From positions 11,458,795-11,522,794 of the forward strand of contig JARFYF010000054.1 in NCBI GenBank assembly GCA_030265395.1: a DNA stretch of 64,000 nt. Direction: 5' to 3'. The DNA comes from Rhina ancylostomus. Taxonomy: Eukaryota. The notes below the pieces were generated by a model. That model made no database searches. It saw only the letters and a list, made by a program, of their open reading frames with translations, and was not told the DNA's origin. This document shows, piece after piece, positions 40,101-51,405 of the stretch (positions are counted from its first letter, which is position 1; the number at the start of each line of letters is the position of its first letter). Position numbers and translations under genes: made by a program.

Positions 40101-41091
40101 TCCAACATTTATTATCCTATTTCTAATTGTCCTAGAGAAGGGGATAATGAGCCATCTTGGCCCTTCCCAACCTTCAAGTAACTTATGAAAGTATGTAATT
40201 TGATCTGATCAAGAGTTCGAATTCAGATGCGGCACTAAAACCTACTAGAGGAATTAACAGAAAAATCCTGCCAGGATTTCTGCTGCTATAAAGCAACAGG
40301 ACCCATGAAAGTACAGGAATAAATCTGTTTCTCTTTCCACAGACCTTGCCTGACCTGCAGAATATTTCTAGTATCTTCTAATTTTATCTCAGATTTGCAG
40401 CATCTGCCGTATTTAAGATGCAAGTAAAGCAAATGGATAAGGATATAGTCAATCCACATTGGAATCGTCATCCTTTGCCCTCCAGGTTAAAACAATTTGC
40501 TATTTACTAGAGTCTAAAGTCAGACATAACTAACTGCCAATGCCAAAATTTTCAAGAGCAAAAGGTGACCCAAGTAAAATAAGATTACTAAGTTCAGAGC
40601 AGTGGCGAAAACAATAAACGTCTACAAGTTTCCTATAACTAGTAAGAGGATTTTTGTCAACAGGTTAAATGTTTATTAACATTCTAGTTAACAGAGTTTT
40701 CCTATCAGCTTTTCTTGAAAAGAATTCTCATTGCAATTTATTTCCCAGCATTCCCAACATTAATTTAAATTAGATGCTAATGATGTTGGCAGAGAACCTC
40801 TCTAGGACAAGTTACTGAGCCAGATGGTACAAAGCAACCAATCAATCCACTGGACCAACATCCTTCAGCAACTTTCAATTATATCAAACTGGTACAGTAG
40901 CTCCTCCCTCACAGAGCCAGACTAGGTAATTCCACAGAGGTCACTAACACAAAACAAAATTCAGAAAAATGAGGGAGATCAAATCAGTCTTGATCTTTCA
41001 GTTTAATTGCAATAAATATGCAGTTTCCTCTGTAATTAACTTTGTGACAAGCAAACAATGAAAGACTGATTGAAGGAGGAGAAACACCAAA

Positions 41092-41215
41092 GGAGACAAG
41101 AGACTGCAGACGCTAGAATCCAGAGCAAAAACAATCTACTGGAGAAAGTCAGTGGGTCAAGCAGCATCTGTGGAGGCAGATGGTTGACATTCTGAGGTAA
41201 GACCCTGCATGAAAC
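41092..41215. mobile_element. Penelope-derived element (single arm)
   Basis: gagacaagagactgcagacgctagaatc...gcagcatctgtggaggca matches the left arm of the 28736 copy. Confidence 0.7.
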
Positions 41216-41594
41216 ATCAAAGGAGCTTCCAGGTTAAAAGCTCAGTGGAACTGACCAACAATATGGCAGAGATACTATAATTACTCTCAATAAGACTAAT
41301 GAGGAGAATGGAATGGGGGAGACATAGGAGAAGAGGATAGGATTCCAATTACCAATTTTTACTTGCTGATGATAGGGAAGAACATGTTCTCAATGGTGAG
41401 GTATTCTACTAACACAGGTCATCGGGTCAAGTAATTCAAGGCCACTTTGGTCACTGCAGTACAGAGGCTTGCCAGCTGCCATGAAACCATACTCCAGTTT
41501 GCTATTTCCTTTGCCAGAAGATGAAACAAAACTGGACAAAAATGAAAAACAAAAATGCACATGCTAGAAATCTGAAATAAAAATATGGAACAAG

Positions 41595-41912
41595 CTGCCA
41601 GAGGAAGTGGTTGAGGCCAGTACAACAACAACATTTAAAAGATTAAAAAAAGTACATGACTAGGAGGGGTTTAAAAGGAATATGAGCCATATATGCAGGC
41701 AAATTAAACTAGCTTGGTGGGCACCATGGCCAGCATAGGTAAATTGGGCCAAAGAGCCCATTTTCATATTACTCTATGACTCCAAAGACAGAAAATACTT
41801 GGTAGGTCAGGCAGCATCTGTAAAGAGATAAACAGGATTAATATTTCAGGTTGATGATCGGCCACTAACCTGAAATATGAACTCTGCTTCAGCTCCACAG
41901 ATGCTTGCTGAA
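41595..41912 (+). mobile_element. CR1 3' end (to ~41782) followed by a Penelope-derived hairpin fragment
   Basis: ccagaggaagtggttgaggc...gggccaaagagccc, then caggcagcatctgt...ccacagatgc. Confidence 0.7.
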
Positions 41913-42879
41913 CAATTCACTCCTTAACAGAAAAACTGTAAATGTTCTTGCAAAAAGTATGCCTGTTGCTTTAATACAGCAAACAAGTTAGATTTACAAA
42001 GAAACACACACTAAGGCATTGATCAACTTCTCAAATATGTCTGCTAACATCTTGAGCTCTCCATACAAAGCCCCTAGAGAAATGGGGTCAAACTCCATGC
42101 ATCCTTTAGGTCTCATTCACCCAGCATCTTCATTCTCAGTAACTCTAAATCTTTCAAAGATTGAGAGTTTTCCAAACTTTCAACCATTCTACATATTCAC
42201 CAGTCCTGGGCTGTTCCTTCCCAAGGCTCTTCAGTACCAGAATTTCAGCCCACCTTCTGGAATCTCCTGGCTTGGTCACGCAATATCCCAACTGCCTTTG
42301 ACCAGACAGTCCCCCTCCCACTCAGCCTCTTCCCAATCTGTTCTGCCACTCATCCACTACAACTAGCTCAGCTTGTCCTTCACCAACAAGTTGTTTGACC
42401 CATTTCTTGGCCAAATTAGGGTGAATTATGCTAAGACCCCCCCCCCCCCGCCCTCACACAAGCACAAGCTGCTGTAACACATCAAAATAGAGGAAGACCT
42501 GTAGGCCATTAAGCCTCTCAAACCAGTCCTATCATTTAATGACATGATTGAACTATGGCCTCACTCTATTCAACCTGCCTTTACCCCAATTGCACTACAT
42601 CAAAAATTCATTACCAGTTAAAAAGTATTAATTGGTCTTGCATCACCTGCTTTTCACAGCAGAGTTCCAAACAGCTACAACTGTTCCACATGAAAAAGTT
42701 CACTAACTTTTAACCCTGAGAAGGTCCAATTTTCAAACCAGTTCTTCTTGCCCTAATTTCTCTGGAGGGTGGAGATAGTTTTCCCAACTTGCCAAGAGTT
42801 ACTGATAGTATTTTGACAATTTTTTTTAAAGACAGTCCAAGTTTATGTAATCCAAGGCAATCTCTTTCCTAAAGGATTT

Positions 42880-43312
42880 GGTTCTTGCCCTATGCAATTC
42901 TCAGCAAAGCAGCCCACCTATTTGGTACTCCATCCACACCCTGAACATTCCTGCCCTCCAGCAGCCCACTGTGGCTGGAATGCACACCTTTTTGCAAAAT
43001 ACACTTCAGCTATTCACTCAGCTACTTCAACATCACCTCCCAAACCTGCACTCTCTACAAGGAGCAGCAGGTACAAGGAATAGCTGCACCTGCAAGTTCC
43101 CAAGTTGTAGATCAGCCTGATTTGGATATATATCGCCATTCCTTCTTTGTCGTTGGATCTAAAGTCCTGGAACTCCCTACCCAACCCAACAGCACTGAGA
43201 GAGCAACTCCACAACACAGTCTGAAGCAGTTCAGCAGCTACTCACCAGGTTGTCAAAGGCGATAAATATTGGTCTTAACAGCACTGCCCACATCCTGAGA
43301 AATGAATAAATA
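42880..43312 (+). mobile_element. LINE 3' tail of the 20090 family
   Basis: cacctgcaagttccc...gataaatattggtctt parallels 20990-21350. Confidence 0.7.
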
Positions 43313-44597
43313 TGAAACAATAGTGGAAGCTCATAACTCAGGAACAGATGCTATTTTCCCTCCTCTTGAATATGGTATTTGGTTCCACACCTATGCTTCA
43401 CCAAATTATTTTATATCTGACAATATTGATCATAAGGAAGCGTGCTCCTGAATCCAATTCACATATAAAAGTTGCAACTAACATGTATACTCACAGGTGA
43501 GGCTGCTGAAGAGTTTTTGCTTGATATTTTTTCTCCTTCCTAACTCATGAGCACTAATGCCTGATTATTTCTACTCCTTCACTAGCTGATTCAACAACCG
43601 ATATCAAAGCTGGTCAAACATGACTAAGGCTGCAGCTAAACCTACTCAGTCACATTCACAGTCTCCTACATTTTATGTCAAAATGCAGAAACAAAACACC
43701 AGCTAATACCATAAAGAGTGGAAGTGCAAAGATGTGTAGGGTTTGTCATGGAAAGGTATGCTGGCAGATTTACACAAATTATGCACACACACTTGTGGAT
43801 ATCCCAGTCACAAGGAAAAACTGATCACCAAGCACTACAATACAGACTTTGGATTCCTTGGTTGTTTAATCACATCAGTTGTACACAATACACACAGAGA
43901 GAAGCAGTGTTAAGGTCTAAGAAAAACTGCATTAAATTAATGAAACTGGAAAGTTGGAAATTAGCACCAATGCATAAATCTTAACTGAGAGCAAGCAGAC
44001 TTGCATCAATAAAACAGATCCCTATTGACAAGACCATCACAATTTGATATGTTTTGAAAAGCAACAAAAGCCATACATTTCAGTAAACTAGTTTTTTTAA
44101 AGCGATTCTACTCACTCAGAACAAAGGTGAACTTTCAACAGCAAAAATTCTGGAATTAACTTGTTTAGTGTGTACGAAATATTTCAATCATCAGTTCAAA
44201 GATCATGGCACATGAAGAAAATTTAAAAAGCATATTGCTTGCCATCAACAGATTTAAACCACAGAAGAAGTGTATTACCAATATTTTGCATACTTAGAAA
44301 AGCACTAAACCAGAAAACTAAAATAATGGATGATTTGCATAATTCTTAAAACAAACTAAATAAAATTGTCGTTCAGCTGTGTAGTGAAATCAAATGCATT
44401 TTTTATTGTACAGAATCAAAAGATTTAAAATATACACAACAGGATCAAAAATGGTTGTTGACATAAGAATGGGTATGTTTGAGTATGGGTTGGATGCCAT
44501 TTGACTGAAATTATTCTGCCACAGAACTCAGTAATGAATTGAAGCAGTTAATGCTTAAAAATAACAGGTATTTGCTTTTACAAATAGAGAATTTAAT

Positions 44598-44900
44598 GCA
44601 AAGTTAATTGTTGGCCTGCAGTTTAGAGTAAATAAATACACTGCAAATGTTGGGCTGCAGTTTGGAAAAACAAATGCACTGCAACTGTTGGATTGCAGTT
44701 CAGAGTAAATAAGTACACTGCAAATGTTGGGCTGCATTTAGGAATAAATAAATGCCCTGCGAGTGTTGGGACTGCAGTTTAGAGTAAATACCCTGCAAAT
44801 GTTGGGCTGCAGTCTGGAAAAACAAATGCCCTGCAATTGTTGGGACTGCAGTTTACAGTAAATAAATGTATTGCATTTGTCGGGTTTCAACTCAAAATGA
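44598..44900. repeat. Minisatellite, ~8 copies of a 36-40 bp unit with two alternating variants
   Basis: Repeated gcaaatgttgggctgcagttt followed alternately by agagtaaata... or ggaaaaacaaatgc... Confidence 0.9.
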
Positions 44901-45157
44901 ATGCATTACATTCTCGCGTGTTTTGGTGTGCGGAGAATGGAAGTGTTCTGCTTGGCGAGTGTTGCACTGCCGGGTTGGAGCCCAGCTGGGTGCCCGCCTG
45001 GGCCATTATGCCGCTGCCTGGCCGGGCTCGTCTGCAGCTCAGCCCAGGCAAAGCGCACACACACACACAACAAAAAACCTCCCTCCTCGCCGCCGCCTCC
45101 TGCAAATCCCGCCTCCCCCGCCGGCCCAACCGCCGCGCCCGCCGTCCGCGGCCTCAC

Positions 45158-45190
45158 CTGGAATATAAAGGCGCCCCAGGTCGCCTCCAT
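45158..45190 (-). CDS. vezf1: Coding exon 1 (MEATWGAFIFQ)
   Basis: ATG at 45190-45188 has G at -3 and +4. 33 nt, then donor CAG|GTGAGG. Resembles the VEZF1 N-terminus MEANWTAFLFQ and lies inside the CpG island. Confidence 0.92.
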
Positions 45191-45191
45191 T

Positions 45192-45260
45192 TCACCCGCC
45201 GAACACGGAGGAGAAGGAGCCACAACAAAGCTGCTGGGAACACGGCGCTGGGGCAAACAT
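45192..45260 (-). promoter_or_regulatory. Upstream ORF (22 aa) in the presumed 5' leader
   Basis: GGCGGCC-ATG at 45260; MFAPAPCSQQLCCGSFSSVFGG-TGA, stopping 1 nt before the main ATG. Depends on the TSS lying upstream of 45260. Confidence 0.5.
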
Positions 45261-45519
45261 GGCCGCCGCCGCCACTTCCTGTCACCTCTCACCCCTCCCC
45301 CGCCCCGCCAATCACTCCAAGCAGCAATGCAGCATCCTCAGAGGCAGTGCACACATGCAGCGGCTTCTGTGTCTGCATGGCTGCACTGGCCGAAAGCAAT
45401 GCAATGAAGAGTGTGTGTGCAACGCAGCTCATATTCTAAAACCCTGAGGACAAGTTCGACCACTCGGTTTTGAACCAACCTGCACAATCTTGATCACTAC
45501 CTCGGTGTGGCAACACTGT

Positions 45520-45560
45520 GGACTTTGCATTACAAGGGACTTTGCATTACAAGGGACTTT
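45520..45560. repeat. 17-bp tandem repeat (2.4 copies) at the start of a LINE-tail fragment (~45545-45715)
   Basis: ggactttgcattacaag x2, then ggacttt. Confidence 0.85.
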
Positions 45561-48500
45561 TGTTTTGTTTCAGTTGTGTTCTTTCTTGTTCAATTTACGT
45601 TTTTCTTGTGAATGTTGTGTAGCTGATGCCCTGTGCCAGTGATGCTGCGGGAAGTAAGTTTTTCCACTGCACCTGTGCATACATGTACTTGTGTATATGA
45701 CTTTAAACTCGACCTTTTTGACATTTATAAAATACAAATCACTGATCAACTGATTATTTAAACTTACAGATTAATTTCTATAGTTATCATGATGGGATCC
45801 AAGCCCATGTTTCCAATAGATGGAAATTTCAAGTAACTGACCAACCTCCATGTCTTCTCAATATTAGGGGACGAAGGCATAAAAGTTCAATATTNNNNNN
45901 NNNNNNNNNNNNNNNNNNNNNNNNNNNNNNNNNNNNNNNNNNNNNNNNNNNNNNNNNNNNNNNNNNNNNNNNNNNNNNNNNNNNNNNNNNNNNNCATAAA
46001 AGTTCAATATTAAATTCTTGACCAGAACAACTCAAATAATTCCACAGACTCGCTCGCTCCACATAATTGTTCCTTCCTCATTTCAAATAATTATTCAGTT
46101 ATTTCTCCAAAGATTAAATGTTCTCTGCCCCAACTACTCTTTACGACAAGACTTTTCAAGGTGGTCCCTTGATATGAATTCATGATCTACTATTTCTTGT
46201 AAGCCCAGGGCGGCTTCAAAAAAACTTTGGGGATGGCCAATTAAAGTTTCAAAGAAAATTAAGAAAAATAGGAGAAAAATAGATACAGGCAAGTTGATCA
46301 CAGCTCAAACACTAGGGTACCCAAGATTAAAAAAGTTACTGGTAGGGCCGGGCAGAATATCATTCTCCTTTCAAATGAAAATAATTGAAATAAATTACCA
46401 GAAACAGGTAGTTGAAGGTATTTCAGGAGAGAAAAGAGAATAATTTGCATTTCTAATATTCTAAGTTCCGAATTGCAAAAGTTGTAACAGGCAGAGAACA
46501 CTTAATCCTCCATATCATATTTTAACTCCTAACTGAAATCATTAAAAGCTAACCTCCCACTGGCTGCATTTTTGTCCATTTCACATGCTTACCCAAATTT
46601 CTGACGCACAAGATAGCCCATCCCTTTAAAAGGATTTTAGATTCTTTAAATCAGAAGTGTCAATCTGACCACGTCAACAGACAAGAGCTTCGCAGTCAGC
46701 TGTGAAAACATTGTGTTGGTCACATTTCCTCTCCCTCCATCTAGAGAATTCTCAATAGGACACGGGTGCTCTATTTTATCTTTCGTTCACACAGCAGAAA
46801 ATGATAATACACAAGAACCCATTTTGTCACCTCAGAGCCTCCAAAGGGGTTATTGAGAAAGCAAGTAACATTGTTCTTGTCTGGTGCATTATGCAGTTTT
46901 CCCACAAGAACATACCTCATCTGCTAAGGACAGCATGTTTGGAATCCCATGTCTGGTTATAGATATTGTTTGAGTTGCTTACATTTTGTCAGCTAAAACT
47001 GCATAGCTTACTAGTACAGCTACATTTCCCATTGCACTTGTCCAGTAAAGACCTTTAAGTTTTAAGGCACTGGCTTGCACTGTTATGTACAGGCCATCCC
47101 TGGATTACTAATACCTGATTTATGGACACACCTACACACAAACAAGCTATAATTAAAATCTCTGAGGTACATTTATTCCTACAAATGGCAGAACTAGTTT
47201 CCCCCCACTCTCTCTCCACTTTTAGTAATCTTTCTTCCTTAACAGTCTTACGTATTTTTGATGCCATTCATTACAATACTGTGGAGGTGTGGTTACCATA
47301 TTGTGAGATTTTTACATATTTTCCAACTTATAGACAAAAATCAACTTACATACATCTGTAAAAAGGGCACCCATCCATTACCTGGGGTCGGCCTATAAAA
47401 CAAAATGAGCAGAATCTGATCTCCAAAGGCATGGAGAGGTAGGCTTTTTGCTATTAGACCATGCTAGACACCATGTGATGAAGCATGGATGGTGATTCAA
47501 AATCACATTCTGGAGCAATAACTTGCAGTTATAAACCACCTTTTATGTAGAAAATATCTCAATGCTTTTTCTGAAGTACAAAATAAGGAATAAGATGACC
47601 ACTGAATTATGGAGAAAGAATCAGGAAAGGTGTCCAAGAGGTACAATTTAATCTTACCCTTGAAGAGGCAGAGAGTGTATGACAATTCTATTTTGTAAGA
47701 CTGAAGCATCTGAAACCTCTGCCACCAATCTCAGGGTAAAGGAAATGCACTAAAGACCAAAGTTAGAGAGCTAAAGAATACAGGAAAAGAAGAAAAGCTA
47801 AAGAACATAGGGGGAAGACCTTGGAACTATTTCAGAATGATAATTTTAAAAAGTGCTATCAACACTTTCTTGGCTCAATCATCAGCTATAAACAGCTCCG
47901 ATGTGATCTCCAATTGTCAGTCACATCGTTATCCATCCTCCAAGCAAATAAGAAACACTGAGAAATAATATTAAGCTCTTTCTAGAAGGGCAAAACATAC
48001 TGGGAATAGCATACGTGTGTGGTGAGCAGTCAACCCAACTGTAGAATAATCTCCACATTGAATAATCACAGTACACACACAACTTGTATCTCACTAGAGG
48101 TACAAGAGAAACTACCTGACTTTCTGCAGTCCCAAATCAACTATAAGCCACACACACACGTACTACCGTCTGATATTTTACAACTTTCTTTTGAACCGAA
48201 GATACTTACCTCCAGTGTGGGAAACAGGAACATCATTTTCAACCTCGCTGGTCTGTTCCATCATTCAATGACAACATTGCTGATCTGTGTGACCTAGTTT
48301 CACATGCCTGTGTTTTTTTCCATAATCCTTATTGAATATTGGTTTACAAATATCTGACAGTCTCTCAGTCATATTGATCAGTAGACCAGGTTGGACCTGC
48401 AATGAACCTGACTGTCATCTCATCAGCTGCAAAACCACTCAACAGTAAAATCATCTGGATATAGAAGGCTGGCTGAGCCGTCTCTCTGTCCAAAAGACTC

Positions 48501-48744
48501 CCGGCTGAGTGGAATAGGCTATGAGTGGTAACCACGCCTATTGTAGTGAATACAGAGGCCCTGCCCCCAATTCCCTGATGGCCTTGTGACCATTGGCCAC
48601 TGTCAAAGCCTTTGAAACTGTCCTTAAATGTCTCTAGTTAATCAGATGTCTGTCTGATTAACTAATTACAATTAATTGAGAACAGCCAAAAGTCTTAGAA
48701 ACATAAAGCTATTAAGAATAAGCAAAATAAAGAAAAATAACATT

Positions 48745-49180
48745 TAGAATAAGAATAATTACAGGATATCATTTATTCTGTCATGTCAGTACTGCCTCAC
48801 TATCAGAGCAACCCACTCGTTCCACTCCCTGGCCCTTTCTCTGTAACCTTGCAAATTTTTCCTCATCATACATTTACCCAATTCTATAATGGAGTCTGCC
48901 TCCATCACACAGACATTCCAGACTCCAGCTATATAATGCATAAAAAAAGATTCTCCTCACATCACTCTTCATTCTCCTCCCGTTTATTTCACACCTGTGA
49001 CCTCTAATCCTTGAGCTTTCCACTGAACCCTGCCACAACCCAGTCCTCCGATCTTTTCTTTTACTTCCATCAAATCTTCTCTCAACCTTCACTAAAGCAA
49101 CCAGTTCCAGCCTCCTTAACCAATTCTTGTACCTGTAGTCCCTCAACCCAGGAACTATTCTCATCAATCTTTTCTGTACT
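48745..49180 (-). mobile_element. Degraded CR1 LINE 3' fragment
   Basis: The minus ORF MMRIVPGLRDYRYKNWLRRLELVAL...RIRGH resembles the CR1 ORF2 C-terminus. Confidence 0.7.
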
Positions 49181-49920
49181 NNNNNNNNNNNNNNNNNNNN
49201 NNNNNNNNNNNNNNNNNNNNNNNNNNNNNNNNNNNNNNNNNNNNNNNNNNNNNNNNNNNNNNNNNNNNNNNNNNNNNNNNCTTCAAGCCATATTTACCAA
49301 CCAGCAAAAAAAGTTTCTGTTTACTTTGTTAGTTAACTTTGAAACCTTGAAAACTACTGTCAAAACACTCCATATCAGGGAATGAGCCATAGCTTGGAGT
49401 GTAATTCTTGGACTGCAGGTACTCTTCCAGTTAATCTATATTGTTCTCTCTCCAAGACCAATTAATTCTTCCTGTGATTTAGTTTCGAAAGTTGAAGGCA
49501 CAAGACAAGTCACAGACCTGATAGATGCTCCTTAAGTTACTGATTATTTCCAGCACTTCCTATTTTTATTAGAGCCCTCCATGTGGGGTTGAACCAGGAC
49601 TTTACATAGATACAACATAAGTTCTAAAGCCTTTGATTCTAGTCCTCTAGATATAAAGAGGAACAAGCCATTGGCCTTTTAATTATTTACTATACCTGTC
49701 CATGAAATTTTGATACTCTGAATTCATATGGGCCCCACTAACTCTTTGTCCCTTCCAGCCTTTCTCCATTTACTCTAAGTATTCTGGTCGACATTGCATT
49801 TCAAAAGTGATGACCTCATATATCAACATTGAAATCCACTTGGTGCAAGTTTGCAAATTCATTCAATATATTAATGTATCCTTGAAATTTGATGCATCCA
49901 TCAACACTGTTTACAATGAT

Positions 49921-50462
49921 GCCTGGCACACTGGCCTTCATTAGTCAAGGCATTGAGTTTAGCAGCTGGGACATTATGTTGCAGTTGTTCAAGATTTTGG
50001 TGAAGGCACACCTGGAGTATTGTGTACAGTTTTGGTTACCGTTACAGGAAAAATGTCATTAAGCTGGAAAGAGGGCAATGAAGATTTACAAGGATGTTGC
50101 CAGGATTCGAGGGCCTGAGTAATAGGGAGAGGCTGGGCAGATGAGGACTTTGTGTGTAGGAGACTGAGGGTGACCTTATAAATGTATATAAAAAGACCTC
50201 ATAGAGGGCAAAGGCTTAAGGTGAAAAATTTAAAAGGGACCCAAGGGGCAACTTCTTCACAAAGGGTGGTGCAAATATTGAACAAGCTGTTAGAGGAAGT
50301 GGTTTAGGCAGCTACAAAAACATTTAAAAAGACAGTTGGACAGGTACATGGATGGGAAAGGTTTAGAGGGATATGGGCCAAAGGCAGGCAAATGGAACTA
50401 GCTTTTATGGGCACCTTGGTCAGCATGGACGAATTGGGCCAAAGGGCCTGTTTCTATGCTGC
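49921..50462 (+). mobile_element. CR1 LINE 3' end
   Basis: cacctggagtattgtgtacagttttgg...gggccaaagggcctgtttctatgctg. Confidence 0.88.
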
Positions 50463-50464
50463 AT

Positions 50465-51405
50465 GTGGAAGGGCGGGTTAGTAAGTTTGCAGATGACATG
50501 AAGGTTGGTGGTGTTGTGAATAGTGTAGAAGGTTGCTGTAGGTTACAACAGAACACTGATGGGATGCAAAGCTGGGCTGAGAAGTGGCAGATAGAGTTCA
50601 ACCTGGATGAGTGTGAAGTGATACACCTTGGAAGATCGAATTTGAAGGCAGAATGCAAGGTTAAAGGCAGGACTNNNNNNNNNNNNNNNNNNNNNNNNNN
50701 NNNNNNNNNNNNNNNNNNNNNNNNNNNNNNNNNNNNNNNNNNNNNNNNNNNNNNNNNNNNNNNNNNNNNNNNNNNNNNNNNNNNNNNNNNNNNNNNNNNN
50801 NNNNNNNNNNNNNNNNNNNNNNNNNNNNNNNNNNNNNNNNNNNNNNNNNNNNNNNNNNNNNNNNNNNNNNNNNNNNNNNNNNNNNNNNNNNNNNNNNNNN
50901 NNNNNNNGTGGAAGCTTCAGAGAGGGTGCAGAGGAGATTTACCAGGATGCTGCCTGGATTAGAGAGCATGTCTTATGAGGATAGATTGAGCAAGCTGGGG
51001 CTGTTCTCTTTGGAGTGAAGGAGAATGAGAGGTGACTTGATAGAGGTGTACAGGATGATAAGAGGCATAGATTGAATAGACAAGCAGAGACTTTTTTCCC
51101 AGGGTGAAAATGGCTCACACTGAGGGGCATAATTTTAAGATGATTGGAGGAAGGTACGGGGGGAATGACAGAGGAAGTTTTTTTTTAAAACACAGAGTGG
51201 TGGGTGTGTGGAACACACTGCAGGCAGAGGTGATGGAGGCAGATATACAGTATTAGGGACATTTAAGAGACTCTGAGGCACATGAATAATAGAAAAATGG
51301 AGGGCTATGTGGGAGGGAAGGGTTAGATAGATCTTAGAGTAGGATAAAATGTCAGCACATCATGGGCTGAAGGGCCCGTATAGTGCTGTAATGTTCTATG
51401 TATTA
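50465..51405 (+). mobile_element. Well-preserved CR1 LINE 3' portion (contains an N gap)
   Basis: VSKFADDMKVGGVVNSVEGCCRLQQNTDGMQSWAEKWQIEFNLDECEVIHLGRSN; tail gggctgaagggcccgtatagtgctgtaatgttctatg. Confidence 0.92.

Larger units (their letters stand above)
12349..45190 (-). other. vezf1: Gene span (start to stop codon) of a VEZF1/MAZ-family C2H2 zinc-finger transcription factor: 5 core coding exons plus 1 optional exon; 356 aa (6 ZF) without the optional exon
   Basis: Exons of 33+677+64+172+125 nt = 1071 nt join in frame through GT-AG introns (phases 0,2,0,1). The protein runs MEATWGAFIFQ...LPTSPPW and matches VEZF1 at both termini and in the fingers, with several MAZ-type features. Orthology (VEZF1, MAZ or another paralog) is uncertain. 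Confidence 0.9.
44880..45420 (-). promoter_or_regulatory. CpG-island promoter of the zinc-finger gene
   Basis: The only strongly GC/CpG-rich block in the window. CCAAT 45308-45312, GC box ~45298-45309, GGGAGGG (minus) 45293-45299, ETS ACAGGAAGTG (minus) 45273-45282, YY1-like AAACATGGCCGCC 45255-45267. Confidence 0.88.

Noticed and set aside
44598-44900. CRISPR-like regular spacing
   Set aside because: Eukaryotic context, the 'spacers' are variants of one another, and there are no cas genes. It is a minisatellite.
44837-45447. Several long overlapping ORFs (200, 168 and 128 aa) over the promoter
   Set aside because: A by-product of GC-rich, stop-poor CpG-island sequence. Only the 11 codons MEATWGAFIFQ match a known protein.
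45878-46010. cataaaagttcaatatt on both sides of an N run
   Set aside because: Most likely an unmerged contig overlap, not a target-site duplication.
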